This document shows, piece after piece, positions 50,601 through 64,000 of a DNA stretch of 64,000 nucleotides (its first letter is position 1; each line of letters begins with the position of its first letter). The stretch is from Catajapyx aquilonaris. Taxonomy: Eukaryota. The stretch is from positions 1 to 64,000 of the forward strand of contig JYFJ02001042.1 of the NCBI GenBank assembly GCA_000934665.2, read 5' to 3'. Under the pieces are notes generated by a model, which made no database searches, was not told where the DNA came from, and was given only the letters and a program-made list of their open reading frames with translations. A program made the translations under genes and the position numbers.

Positions 50601-53600
50601 TGCAATTTAAGCAAAATAATAGGTGCAAGTACTTACCATGCTCATTATCATGCTTTGAAGCGACATGAAATATATCAGTAATATTTGTCAGCACAGGGCT
50701 ATATATCTGTCCTCTCTCCTCTCCCAACTCATCTCTCAGAAAAATTATAGCCATCATGAGAGCTCATCCATATAGCCTGTCTGCTGCCGTGCGCTTTCAG
50801 CATCGCTTTAATAATTTTTAAGTATATTTTCCTTTTGTACGTGTTATGTCACTCGCGAAATAAGTTGATGGTCTGACACGAATCATGCGGTAGATTCAGA
50901 TTCTTTCCTTTCAAGAAGTTTGGAGCTGATTGCTGGACATCACGAGATCGATCATCGTCTGGTACTATACGATAGTATGTTTTTTTCTAAACTGCAGCAA
51001 ATGATGCCTGGCTTGAGGGGACTTGATTCGATTGTCGAGGCGACGCAGCCTTTCAAAAGTTTCCTGGAAACTGAAGCAAGGCTGTGCAGCAATTCAATTA
51101 GAGCCCACTTCATTTATCGTTTTAACTCATCTCCTGATCTGATAATTTTCTGATAGAACCGGAGCATAAATTGGGCGGGTCATGGGAGCAGACCAAGGCC
51201 CGATGAATGAAGCAGCGAAAATGAGAGTTCAAATAATCAGGATTTTCTGCCGACATAAAATGTCTAATAATAATAATAATAATCAATTAACAAAACTGAG
51301 GGTTCACAGAGGATTTTATGCCAACAAAATGAACACCAGTGGGACTAATAACGCGAGAGTAATGTACATCAGCTGTCGGTGTAAGTTCTTGTGACGTGCC
51401 ACACAGCAAATGTAATTAGTGCACCATAAATGGAGCATCAGTTTCTGCAGCGACACAAACATCATCATGCTGCACAGTTGCCTGCAGTTGTGTCGAAACA
51501 AATAGTTCGTCAACTCAAACAAAAAAATATATATATATAGCCAATTAGCTATGCAAATGGCTCCTATAAACCAAACTACGGCTGCTGCTATAATTGAGTT
51601 GACATTGTCTGGGGCCAGAAATGGGCCAGCTAATCATGTTTTCAATAAACTCGGGTACTACAGGACCACACTGATCATCCAATGAACTGTCAGAGTAAAT
51701 AATAATGGCTCAAACCATATTTTAAACAATATGCGTTTAATAACTAAACGGAACTACTGCAAATATTTGCGATTGGAAGTGGACAATTCATTGCTATTAT
51801 TCCTCGCTTAGAAATTCACTAATTCCAATTAACTAATATCCCGAATAATGAAATAAAACTATACAGCCCGAAGCAGGTACATAATTTTCTGCCTGAAAAT
51901 CCTTGCAGCATATAGTGTGCCTGAAGGATACAGCAGCTTTCCAAGTTTACTTACTGCTAATGAAAGAGCCTAGTACAGTGCAAGCATAATGTTTTGCACT
52001 TTAATCAAACAGTAACTGAGATTAGGTAAACTGATCGCACCTAAATCCTTCGCAAATGGGAAAACCTGGCATAATATTACTGCCTAATGCACTTTTAAAG
52101 GGGAGCCATGTTTGAACCTACCTCCGCATGAAATTAAAGCATAATCCTGCTGTAATTAGACTCCCAAAAAGTATCCATTTCCACAGCGACACCATCGAGT
52201 ACAAAATGCAAAGCGATGTGAATGCTCATTATCGAATCAACCCTAACCTTTAGAGTCCACGAAAAGAGTACTGGTTACGTAACTTTTCACGGTCCATGTC
52301 CCATGCACGCAAACAATTGATTCAATTAACTCTTTTTTTTTATTCGATCAGGATCTCCGCGTTACACTCCGGGGACTGACACTACAACCGGTCTTTAATC
52401 CAGTTTGAGCGTACATGCCATTAAGCGTCCGAGGTTCTATACGGGTAATTATTACGAGGCATATTTACCTTGACAATTTGCACTCCTAACTCGTCGTCAT
52501 CTGGGTTACTCCACTCGTTGAATCCAACTCGTTCCACTTTCGGCCAGTCCACACCTCGAGCCTGCAGATATCTCTCAGCAAGCATCAGCCATAACTGAAA
52601 AGATATTTTTGGCCCTTACTTGAGGATGGCAATAACTTTGTAAAATGCTCAAAACGGCCTTCAGATGTAATCATCAAGTGGCATTAAGTAGAGGGCAATT
52701 AGGGGATAAAAAGAAAGCAATTATGGCAGTATTAAACTAACTTGGGAAGAGTGCTTTTCCAGGTTGGGCGAATCAGATATTACTGTATGCTGAGTGAAGG
52801 CATCAATTTGTATAATCTCCTTTGATTAATTCCGCAATTTTACAAAAAGGTTACCGCAATTACTGTAACGAAGGTGGGAATTACATAAATAATTAGAGTT
52901 TTATCCCACGGTTTTCTCTGTAGGCATATCATATGCATAGGGGCTAATAAGCGCCACAGTTAATTAACACGTACTGAGATTTACTATTGGTTCAATAGCA
53001 ACAATAACTTTTTTTTAAATGTCAACAATCCTGTATAGTTGAAACATACGCCGAAGAAAATAAACTCGTCAACTTCAAAATTCGACCCTTTCACCCGGGC
53101 CGCAAGACAAAGAGAAGCCAGCCAAGTTTGCATTTGAATAGAGAATAAATTAGTCGTACCCAGAAACACCGAGCCTTAATCCCCAATTGTTTGAAAGTCC
53201 AAACAAAAGAACCTGGTCCACAATAGCTCAGCTAACTCCCACTGTCTTTTATTTTTACCACGAATATTATAATCCACCTTCATCCTTCACTGGAATAACA
53301 CTGCCAAAAAAAAAACTGTGACAACACGAACCCGGATCTTCCGGTGGTAATAATGGTAGGTCTCCCATTTATTGGCGGATTCATGAATCAACATCCTACC
53401 CCTTTCGGTTCATTCAGGTCACGTAGCTAATTTACAAAAGCACACCAACCCCCCTATTCCCCTAGTTCACCACTCTGACCAGGTAGGACTAATGTTGTTT
53501 GAGAAAATAAGTGAGGGAAAGAGCTCGGATGTTTGGGCAAGAACCCTTTAAAAAAAGAAGAGCAAAAACTTCTATTTTATCTATTATATAAGGTGAGGTA

Positions 53601-56600
53601 TAGTGGGGGTCATCCAATTAAGTTGGATCAAAGGAAAGGATTTGGAGGAACATGGAACTCCTTCCTGTCAACAGAGTGTGGGAGTCTTCATTTTGGGGTT
53701 AAGGTCGGCGCTTTTATTTTCTTCCTTCGAATTGCGATTTTTTTTCCTTCTCTCTGAGAGAGAGAGAGAGAACCTGGCTTTAATATGATCGCAATTGAAC
53801 TGCGGCTAGGAAAACATGATTGCGAGATTGAACGGATTAATGTAGCGGAAGCTGAACAAATGGACCTGCACAGGTATCATAATATACTTACTCTTTTTCT
53901 GAACTCGGCTGGTATTCCTCCTGGCAGACGGGCCACCATCCTCATTGCATCGTGCCATTGCCCAAACCCGCTGTCTCCTGGGAATGGCTCCACACTGAAT
54001 CGCATCCGCATGTCCTGGCCTGAAGTGAAAGAAATGCAGGGTGTGACATCAATAGACCATCAGCCGATATATACAAAATGCATTTAAAATTATTCACAAT
54101 TACCTGGAAAAGTTATCATCAAAACCGGTTTAAAACCTTAGCTTTGTGAACAGCAATATTTGGTAAAATAATGATTTTTTAAAAACAATATTTTTCGGAC
54201 ATGAGGGGCTACCTCACATGATAGAGCACGTGTAAATAAGTGTTAGCAAGAGTGAATTAATGTGGTGTTGGGTATATTTGTAGTGTAATATAAAATAACC
54301 ACAGGTATGTGCTTGAAATAATGATTTGCGCACATATGCCGTCAGCCACAGGCTTGCAGGATAATGCAATCAAAATGCAGTTATAGATCAACTTTGTAGA
54401 CAATTTGGCAGGAATTTGTGCGCAACAAGTGTGTCAGTGTCAATTAAAATTGCCTGTTCATATAATAAATCTGATTATAAGGTTTGGGAGCACAAAGCAC
54501 GTGCGGGAGCCAAACATAATCGTTGTAAAAATTTAATTACTGTTAGGTCATGCTAGCAAGTCGCATTACATGTAATGTGATTTATTCCCGGGCATTCATA
54601 GAATATCTAGTGACCTGCACTATTGTTATTGACAATTCAACCTGGACTCATTTCTTACTGCTCTCTTGCGTACTTTATACCTAAGTGTAATTATGTGGTC
54701 ATTTACAGGGTCACTCCTATCCAGGCGTATACATATAGAGGCGAAGGCTATTTCGTGAAATGTTTGCAAAATATTCTGTGATCTGCTCTCCCTCTGCTGA
54801 AATTTTGAAAGCACGTTTTGACACCGTCGGTTGGATGAGGAATCCTTTGAGCCTCGTATAAACCCGACTCTCAGGTGTGCTTGCACCCCTCCTGATTTGG
54901 TTTCCAATTTAATTTACATTACGTGGAGCACGAGCTGCGCATTTTGTATTTGGTGGACGGACTTCTGGAATGATGACCCACACACATTACCCAAGGGTAA
55001 CGCGAGTAATGCTCGTGTGACCCATCAAAATAAAATCTTACATTTCTGTATGTTGCATATTGCAGTTTGCTCATCTCAGACGCTGTATTTAATTCAGCAG
55101 AAAATTGCGTTTGCGTACAATGTATGCTTAGAGTGCAAAACAAGCATTCACTATGATTTGATGCGCTGTTTGCACCAATATTTTGAAAGGCAACAAAGTG
55201 CAACTCCGTGTTACCAGTAATTCAGCTACACTCCAGCACCTCTTTTCTTGACGTAGGCGTATAAATTAATCTACCTCTGACAAGTAGTTCATACCTTCAT
55301 GTATACAGTAAAGTAACATATTGTGCACTTAGTTTCCTCCCCTTATTTTAAAGTGTGCAACAAGATCTGCTCAAGAGTACAGGTTGTTTCATAACTTCCA
55401 TGGAATAAACAATGGTGGAGAACCTTTGAATGGAGTGTGCGACCAAGTGTGTAGAGATGACTTTACGACAGAGGAACCCTGTATATAGTACCTCCGTCTT
55501 GAATCAATGAGCCTTCCTATTAGGCCTTCTGCCTGCAATGTCCTCTCGACTTAGTGTCCCATTTGTCTTCGTTACTGGCCGTCGCTGATAGCCTGGAACC
55601 ATTGTCGCCTGGGGATCTTCATGGGGACTCAGAAGTGCGCTTCCTGCTTTACCCCCAAGATCATTGGCTTTTCACGCAATGAATGCACACTCTAGTCAAT
55701 GGGCCAGTAATAAATGCGGCAGCCAAGTTCAATATCTTTAGTCCAGAAACTCGCATTATCTCTTTGAATATATACCGTCATGTCCTACTGATTGCATTCA
55801 TTCCAAGTCTGCTGTTTGAATGTGAAACTTCGGGATCTCCGGTTCAGTATTGTCAATTTGGAAAGTATATAGAATGACAAATTAAATTAGCAAATATCTG
55901 AAAATAAAATGGCAACACTGTTGATCATGATGTGTTGCCTGATATTGAGCGAACTGCGACGTACAAAAATCAGCCGCAAACCAACATTATTCCGACTTTA
56001 GTGCCCTGATAATGTCCCGATAGGCTCACTAACACAATCACGTACTAATTTCAAGGCTGCAGGTTCACACTCGTAACCTTCAATAATTAATTAGACTCCC
56101 TCTGGCTACATTACTGCAGCAGAGCCATCGCTGGTTATAGCACACCATGAGGCGATGTACAATAATTTACCGGATACTATTGCGTAGTACTTGAGCCCTT
56201 GTTTTATGAAATAGCACAGGGTGGAAAAAGGCAGGCCTGGGACTCGGGCTTACTTAGTAATTTATTATAAGTGCGACATCAGACTTGAACTCCTTTCTTC
56301 AACCTCATGCGGCCTTTCTTGATGTGCCAAAGTGCGACAATAAATATTTTAATCTATAGACTTGTAAAGAGAGCAACGAACCAGCAATTTGTAAAAAAAA
56401 ATGCGTAGTATTTCTTATTGGCTTACTTTTCACAGAAGTGTAAATATACACATTTTCCTGCAGCTGTTTGAAGCTGGATTATACAGAAGGCCAAAAGGGC
56501 CCAAAAATAGCAGCATGCAAGAAAAAAAAGGTGCGGAATAAAATGTCAGAATTTCCGTCTTCAGGCTGAGGAATGTAATATTCACGCGAGTCACATGCTG

Positions 56601-57639
56601 CTGTCTGTCGCAACAAGTCGTCAAGAGGTGTCAAGGGTGTCACCGTATGTTTATTGCATGGCATCCCCGCATCTGACAGCGTAAGATAACCGTGCAATGC
56701 AAACTACGCAAGCAAAAATAAATTTGCATTATAAGCTCAAGCAGATTATCTTTGAACAAGTACAGTTCAGTCGTGTGTACAAAGTTACTTTTATAACAAA
56801 GCACTATATATAGCTGTATGTAGCAGCCATGCCCTGTAATAATTAGTAAAGGGTTGTACTCTGCAGCCAAGAGTTTGGCACTTTCTATGAATGTACAGAA
56901 CCCAAGCCCAATATCGTTTCATGCCAGGCCACATTACAGCAGGGACGACATATCATAATAGTCTGAAGTGTAACGTCCCACGGAGGCCTAAGCATCCCCA
57001 TAACAAAAGACGCATTACCTCCGAAAGTGATTTTCCTAAAAGCCGCGTTGGAGTATAGTTGGCTGTTTTCAAGGAGAGAAAACGTTGTTGCAAGAGTGAA
57101 GGATGTCCGACCACGCGTTGGAAATAGTTCAAGGTTCATCACTCACAAAGCTAAGAGTCAAAACATTATTTCGGAATTACTGGATGACAACTCAAAAAGT
57201 CACGCCTGCTATTGTAAATAAAAACTACTTTACAAAATTTATAAAGCGCGTATTAGACGGAACCACTAAGTAGCAAGCTTATGTCCAAAGTTAATGTTCT
57301 AAATAGCTGACCATACGTGCCACTGAACCTGCTCGATGTCATGATCAAGCACTGTTAACAGCATTGCAACGGTAGATCCAATTAATTCTAGTCGGCTGGA
57401 TCGAACATCAGATAATTATCGACACGCCACTAAGCCGCAGGAGAAAACACCAGGTCAGCAAAACAGGCATTACCATTAGGGAGTTATGCCTCGATACAAA
57501 GTGCATACATTATAATTACAATATTTCCAGGTACATCCGCGGGATTGTACAGCATGGGTTCGATATATAAGTACCCATTTTCTTTGAAGACTAGTCCTTC
57601 CCAATATTGCTAGCTAATATTTTGGTAACCTTTAATAGT

Positions 57640-57707
<68 letters not shown>

Positions 57708-60700
57708 GCATAGCCAAAAATCGCTTACTGGACATCCGAAGAGTATGATTAGCCTATATATATGTATAGGCTTGAGTTTCGCAAAAGAGCCTCTATAGAA
57801 GCAATCGATACAATTTTTTTTAAATCCGCTAATTACACCAGGTCACATCACAAGTCCTCCCGAAACCTGCATGAGACGGATCAATCGTCCTAATAGCCAG
57901 ATACTGTCAGTATATCGAGCTCTGAGCCATATTTTTTGATGATATCCGCAGTTAGTTTCAGATCCCTTCCATTTTATTCGACGGCTCAGAGACTAGCTAT
58001 CAAGCAGGCGACTAGTAAACAGATCCTCTTTTCAGCAGCCGGACCATTAAACTATTCCTAAAACCAGGCAGTCAGATACGAGAGGACCCTCCCCCCCCTC
58101 CCTGTAACGTGTTTCGAGTGCACAAGTAAATGGCCATCCCCATCATTTGATTGGCGATCAAGGCGGTCCATTTGCAAACCCCACACCACCGATGAAGCAT
58201 TTCGTCAACAAACGACTGTAAGGCGATACATAAAATATTTTAATATGTTTTGTTCCTCGTACATGACAATGACTTTTTGGGTATTTTTTCGCGAAATGAG
58301 GGAATGGTGTATAGTCATCACAGGCCTGAATCGAGCGGGCATCGTCATGACGACTGGCTGATAGGATATCCTGATCACGCTCAAACTGTTTGAACAAAAA
58401 TGACTTGCATTCGAGAGGGTTCAGCTTCATTCGGGAGTTCAAACGTGCGCTTCAAGCTACGATCTAAACACGTAGTTGTGCTGTGTGCTGACACGCTGAG
58501 TTATCTAAACTATCATGTAATTACGAAGGATAGGCCACAAACGGAACAAACATCTTCAATGGACAGTCATTGTGAAGCTGTGATTACAACAAACATAATT
58601 CGACACAATTGACCCCTTTTTAAAAAATATAGTTTAAACCTTCAATTCAACTATACAGTTAACCACCCTAATTAGCTGACTTTGTTCATTGTTTATTGGC
58701 CGCATGCTGCGTTATGTGTGATTTATTCACGAAGGATAGTGGGTGGCACACAAATTACTGATTAATGCTGACAATAGGTTGCACAACATATTTCACTCAA
58801 TTTGTATCCGAGTGCATTAGGACATTTGCGCAATTGGGCGCGAAGTTGATCTGTTTTCAGTCCTTGGAAATACATCAAATTAGTCCAATTTCCGGTCCAA
58901 GTGGATTTGGTCGTGTGAGCTCGTTACATTATGGTAACGCAACATTGCATCGAGTAGTTATTTTCGTTCAGTTGGAATTGATCACATGACTGTAATAAGA
59001 TCTGGGGCTTTTTTTTTGTGCAAACTGCAACATGAACGTACTAAATGTTTTTAAAAAATTGTTTCGGACAAACTGTACACAAAACTCAACATCTAGGTCG
59101 TCAACAGCAGAAAAAAAGTCCTATTGTAATTTTAATTTCACTTTCCCCAGCAGGTCTGGTATTAAAAATAGCCTCGAGGCTTGGTTGGCGACCTGACACC
59201 GTCCCGTAAATGCACACACCTTCATGCAAATGACACACTGTGCTGTGCGGCTACTGATTGATTTTTCAGGTTATCGGTTTATAGGGAATAATCGTTAAAA
59301 CTGTCAGTCAGCCATTTTTTTTGTGCAACATGTTTACACCAGCACGTTACGCAGTATTCCACAACCAGCAACAATGTAATCAAGTTAATAGCCTACATTT
59401 CACTTAAAGCCCAGCTTTCGACTTTCACATTTGCACAAGTTCGCAAATCATTTATTCACTGGAATGATTCATCAGTTCAGTTGTATGTGCGCGGCAGTAA
59501 ATTTTTGCGGTCAATAAACGAGCCCAGTCCATAATAACGATATCGGAGCTATTGCCGACTTGCCAATTAACATTTTGAAGCTCGACATGCAGTGCGCAAT
59601 TGAACAATTCGTTGCTGCGTGTTGGGGATATAGAAGGCTCCGTGTGATACGGTTTTCATATTGTCGTCGCATATTTAAGGTCAAATGTCGACCCCCGAAG
59701 GTGCGGTTATGCACTCATCTTTTCAGCAAATATGTGTTTTGCACACAATGTAGCGTGTAACATGGCTTGTGAACGAATCCCCAAGAGGAGCCAGTATATG
59801 GATGAAATGTTGTGTTTTTACAAGAGCCTCCATGACAAAAAGCTCCGCGTTGGAATTCAAGAGCCTTTGAACTCCATAAAGTATCTTCCATTACTGAAAT
59901 GAGAGGGCTAAGAGACTGATAACATTGGGTGTCCATTATGTACTTTTCGAACAAGTTTACACAACTGCAATCTGACTCCTAGAAGCCTTTTAGAAAATGG
60001 CTTAACAACTTCTGACGTTATTCACCGGTTTAGTGTCATAAATATTAATTTTACGAATAAATATTTTGTAGCTAATATTGATCTTTGGCATGCAATCAGA
60101 CTAAAGTAAGCCAGCAACAACTTTTTCCCGCCAAACTTGCTAATATTTGACTTTCCAACCAATCTTAAGTCTCCATTTTTTCTCTCTTCATCCTCCTGAG
60201 ATACCTTCAAGCATTTCCGAGTCTCTATCAAGCAAGAGCCTTGGCGTTGAATATTTATGCGGTGCGAAGACGTCTGCGGAAATGAAATCCTTTTTAGTCG
60301 AGAAGGCGAGGTATACACTGTACTGTAAGATCTTTTGATGGTGAGCCTCCATTTCTTATTAGAGCATTATTAAGGGGCTTTCTGAATGAGCCAAACTTCC
60401 AAGAGATATCTACGATCTCTATAATGGGATTGCCTAACCTGTTGTGTGGTTACAGTTCTTGCAACCTACTTTATGAGTAATGTACTATAATACTAATTAT
60501 CACAACTGGAGCTGGTTTTAAGGTAATTAAGTCTCTAGAACCGTTTTGTCGACGAGGCAGAAAGAAAATTTTCGTCAGTAAATCAGAACCAAAGGAGAAT
60601 TTCTTCTTATTAAGAAGAATAATTACGTTGGTCTTCTAAGCTAATCTACTGGGAAATTATCCAAGCGCAAATTGCTGTCGGAAGAAGCACACACAAAAAA

Positions 60701-63700
60701 GAGTTTTTTTTGGTCTTTTAATCAGTTCAGTAGAGAGGGCAAAATGTAGTGTACTTTTTTAGCTTTTAGTTTTCTTGGGTTTTATAGTCGGCGAAAGGTC
60801 GTGAATAAAACATCCGGAAAAGATGTGGGGAAAAGGTGGGGAAGGTCACATCCGTCGTACGCAATTTATCCGCAAATTCTGTCGGAAGAAATGTACAACG
60901 TCCGGCGGAATTTCATTAGAACTAGGAGGGGGAAAAAAAGGTCTCTTAAAGTTCATGTTTCCGGAGCTAAAATGTGTTCGGAGACTGAATACGCAAAAGA
61001 TCTTTGAAACTTCCGGAAGGTACGAAATTCCGTGCTCGTAACGACATTTCGCAATATTCCTTTGCGAAAAACTTTGTCGACTCCGAAGTTCAAGGGTGAT
61101 ATTAATAAAAAAAATCGAAACTTTATTCCCATCAATTCAAAAGTTTGATTAGTCGAGTAAGGTAATTACGTGATGGGGAATTAGCTGTGGATTTAATTGA
61201 TGTAACAGTTTTTGAAATTTTTTGTACTGCTGACGTCATTAGAAATATTTCCCACTTACCATACTTTCCAGCAGCGAAGTTTCTCAAAGACGTGAAGAAA
61301 CCGCTCATTATGGCTCCGTCGGTTAGTGTAGACTTACAGGGAAGGATAATAATCCGAAAGTGTTTTCTTTCCTCTTTTTTTTTGGTTCCCAGCCTTTCTT
61401 TACACTGGGAAATTGTCGGTCGACAGGAGGAAGAAGCCCTTTTTCTGCGACAGGGCTTCTTGTCTCCAACCAATGTCCGAATGACGACAGTTCTTATCGG
61501 TCCCTTCCTCTCTACCACACTTGTATCTTCTTTTTGTCATGGTCTCCTCCCAGCAAAAGAACGAGCGCTTTTTTTCACGGTTGGTCAGTCCCACTAGAGG
61601 CCTTTCATCTCACAAAGTTCCGCGGGGGGGTCTGTGAATAAGCTGGTTCTTATTACCAGTCCACCTGGGTACTGGCAACATGGACAGTGCACCCATTAAA
61701 GCTCGTTATAGTTTCAAGGAGTTATTAACGAAAAAGTGGGGCCTCCATCTTCCTAATGGATCTTTGGCTAATCCGATTTAAAAGGAGTAGGAATAATTAC
61801 AGCTTGTTAACTGCCGCGGAATAAAATTATGAGGCACCCAAAGTTTCTAGGGCACGTGTGATTTTTAGAATGTAATTAGTGAGTACTTTATTTTTTTTTG
61901 TTTGGTGCACGCCCATCTTATGCCACATTACGTTCGAATTACCTGGCGGACAAAGCAAACTCATTATTCCCTGGGACACGTACACGAGTACTGTTAATTG
62001 CTTTGTGCATGCAGTGTAACGAGCACAAATGCGGAAGTGTCGTGTACAGTATAGGATCATGTTCTATCTTCGGTGTAGACGAAACGGAGCCTGATTGGAT
62101 CTCAGCTTTGTTGCTTTTCAATATCGCGGTGCCAAAGGATGATCGAAATGTCAAGAGTGGAATTGCCTTGCGAAATAACCCGACCCCCCCCCCCCCCNCC
62201 CCCACCAGCCCCCTACGCAGAAGTATATAGAAGGCCATATCCTGCTTATTGCATAAACCCCAAACTGAAAGAGGTTATGAGACCTTATCATGGATCAGGA
62301 ATAGCTGGAACATCGTCTAATAATAACCTATACGTGCTTCAATTTGCTTTGCCTTTATATGAACAGTTTGTAAGTTATATACTGCACATGTCATAACCAC
62401 CTGTGTCGATATTATTCAAATGAAATATTCAGCTTGCCTGTGCTGTGCTTTGAATATAACCTATATATGTATATATTCGTGTCATCATGATGGGCTCGTC
62501 AGGAAATATTTAATCTAATTTATGGTACTTTTGTTATGCTGATTTATGGAGTGTTTCTATACAATGTTAGTAGCCTCATTATGGTGATCCGCAGTTATAA
62601 ACAATACTCACCGGATTACTGCAGATGGAACATTTTAATGTACTTAGCACCCTAATGTATTCCATTATTGTTATTGCTATTATTGGTACTTGTCATTTTT
62701 AGTCGTCTTCACTCTGCATATGATTAAAACATTCCCTTCTTGTGAGTGACGTGTCTAGTCTGTCAATCGATCAGAGTGCAGTAAATTTGCCATTAATTTA
62801 AGCCAAATATTTATACGAAAATAGACCATAAAATTGGGCTATACAATATGTAAGTGATTTCACCAAAAGCATTTGGCGCTATTTCATCTGAAAAATAATA
62901 TTAGGTTGCGTTTGTTGACACGTCACTTAGCTCTGACTATGTTCCTACTCTCTTATTCCAATATTGTTTTTCACTATTCCTGTAGGTTCTACAGTGACTA
63001 ACAGTCAGTTAAATTGTCCGACTGACATAAAGGAATGACATTGTAAGCTGCATTACTGCGACTCGACCAGTTAGCGAAAACCGTCCGCCCACTACACTTT
63101 TGTATGACACTTCTCCAATAAAAACTCAAGCCATGTGTGCCAAAACGCCTGCATACCGGTACACTCCATCAGCAATGCGCATACTTTCCGCAAACAAAAA
63201 TGTCCGCATAAATAAATCCAAGTTGTCAAATTAGCTACTGTTTTTAGGATAAGACAAACGACCATGCGTGTGACCAGCCCTAGTGTAGTACACGACAATG
63301 CAACACTGCATAGCTTAGTCGTAGTAACAGGCACGCGTTCCAGGGAATAATCGTGTGGCCTATGTCCGACCAAAATGTACCGGAGAGTACCGGTACCGCA
63401 CCGCACACCACACCCGATCACGTTGAGAGCACCAGAACCGCACCTACTGTCCACAGGCGCCCTGTTGGAACTAAAAGACGCCAGGAGGGTGTGTTGTCCG
63501 GGGACATGGTGTCGATGCGGGACGTCGCTAAGTCCTGGACACAATAGGTTTGGACTGTGGTACATTTTATGGAGGACAGGGCGTCAGGTTTTCATGACGG
63601 ATGAAACGACGCTTGGTGGCGCCGGCGCCGGACACATGCGCAGCGTCGGTCCTATTGATTACAGGGTGTCTTCCCGGCGTCTTCTGGGGGTCGGTGGTAC

Positions 63701-64000
63701 ACGTATATGATACATATGGGGGCTATCAGGAGTAACCTTCACCTTATACTCCAAAACATTGTATAGACACTACCGCACAATATATTGGCTACACGTGACA
63801 ATTTTGCTACATTACACTTAGGTGACATACCGAATGACTTACTTCGCTTTTCGGAAGCGGCTTGGAGAGCGGCGGTAATTACATCGTAATTGCGATCCCT
63901 TCGATGAATGAGACGATCTCTTCGTTTCAGATCTCGGATTAGTACGCTGCCAACTTGCTGTAGATTACCTTGCAAATTCCTCAGGATCTGCTTCACATCT
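32634..64000 (-). CDS. TBC1D30: TBC1 domain family member 30-like RabGAP, 5'-partial (at least ~1448 aa). Exons: 63843->64000, 53892-54019, 52469-52594, 44760-44945, 37984-38152, 37392-37563, 37111-37216, 36523-36748, 35385-35839, 35136-35325, 32634-35065
   Basis: TBC motifs include RMVARLPGGIPAEFRKRLWL, QIVKDLHRTG (R finger), GYCQGFNML (Q finger), YEPPLTNVFTMQWFLTLF and LRDKYTYNITPW. There is also a coiled coil DIAALKQQYAKLRERQKQAH and a C-terminal FNPFP...LGLY motif. All junctions are GT-AG with consistent phases. Confidence 0.92.
49282..49335. repeat. Perfect 25-bp inverted repeat with 4-nt loop
   Basis: GGACGCCGCTTGAGAGCAGCACTGT-CGCA-ACAGTGCTGCTCTCAAGCGGCGTCC. Confidence 0.95.
57643..57707 (+). 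repeat. (AAT)21 microsatellite
   Basis: Uninterrupted AAT run, which explains the poly-N ORF at 57607-57798. Confidence 0.97.

Noticed and set aside
57607..57798. Poly-asparagine ORF
   Set aside because: It is a translation of the (AAT)n microsatellite.
62185..62203. Poly-C tract with an N
   Set aside because: This is a homopolymer with an ambiguous base call, most likely a sequencing or assembly uncertainty.
1..64000. Prokaryotic systems (CRISPR arrays, operons, defence islands), tRNA and rRNA genes
   Set aside because: The sequence is spliceosomal-intron-containing animal DNA. I saw no repeat-spacer periodicity, tRNA cloverleaf or T-loop context, or rRNA motifs.

Overview
This is eukaryotic, intron-containing, AT-rich animal DNA, most likely an arthropod judging from the vinculin, SNF and TBC1D30 sequence flavour. 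It is not prokaryotic, so most entries in the ORF track are spurious or are single exons. I reconstructed five spliced genes by hand with GT-AG junctions and consistent phases: vinculin (-, 10071-25653, 15 core exons, 959 aa), proteasome beta-7/PSMB4 (-, 26299-28198), U1A/U2B''-type SNF (-, 29281-30376), Gemin2 (+, 30759-31996) and a TBC1D30-like RabGAP (-, 32634 to beyond 64000, 5' end outside the window). The first ~9 kb has no intact gene. It holds Tc1/mariner MITEs, a decayed Tc1 transposase, a GC-rich palindromic island and an old ~1.5-kb tandem duplication. The most striking signal is hidden in vinculin introns and is absent from the ORF track: six frame-preserving phase-1 cassette exons (up to +152 aa) plus a possible stop-containing exon in the proline-rich hinge, and two more phase-1 micro-exons in the actin-binding tail. 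Other points are a head-to-head SNF/Gemin2 snRNP pair, abutting Gemin2/TBC1D30 3' ends, a perfect 25-bp intronic hairpin, MEF2/CArG/TEAD motif clusters in vinculin introns and a candidate alternative first exon of TBC1D30. I found no CRISPR, rRNA or tRNA. All splice calls are predictions that need RNA-seq.
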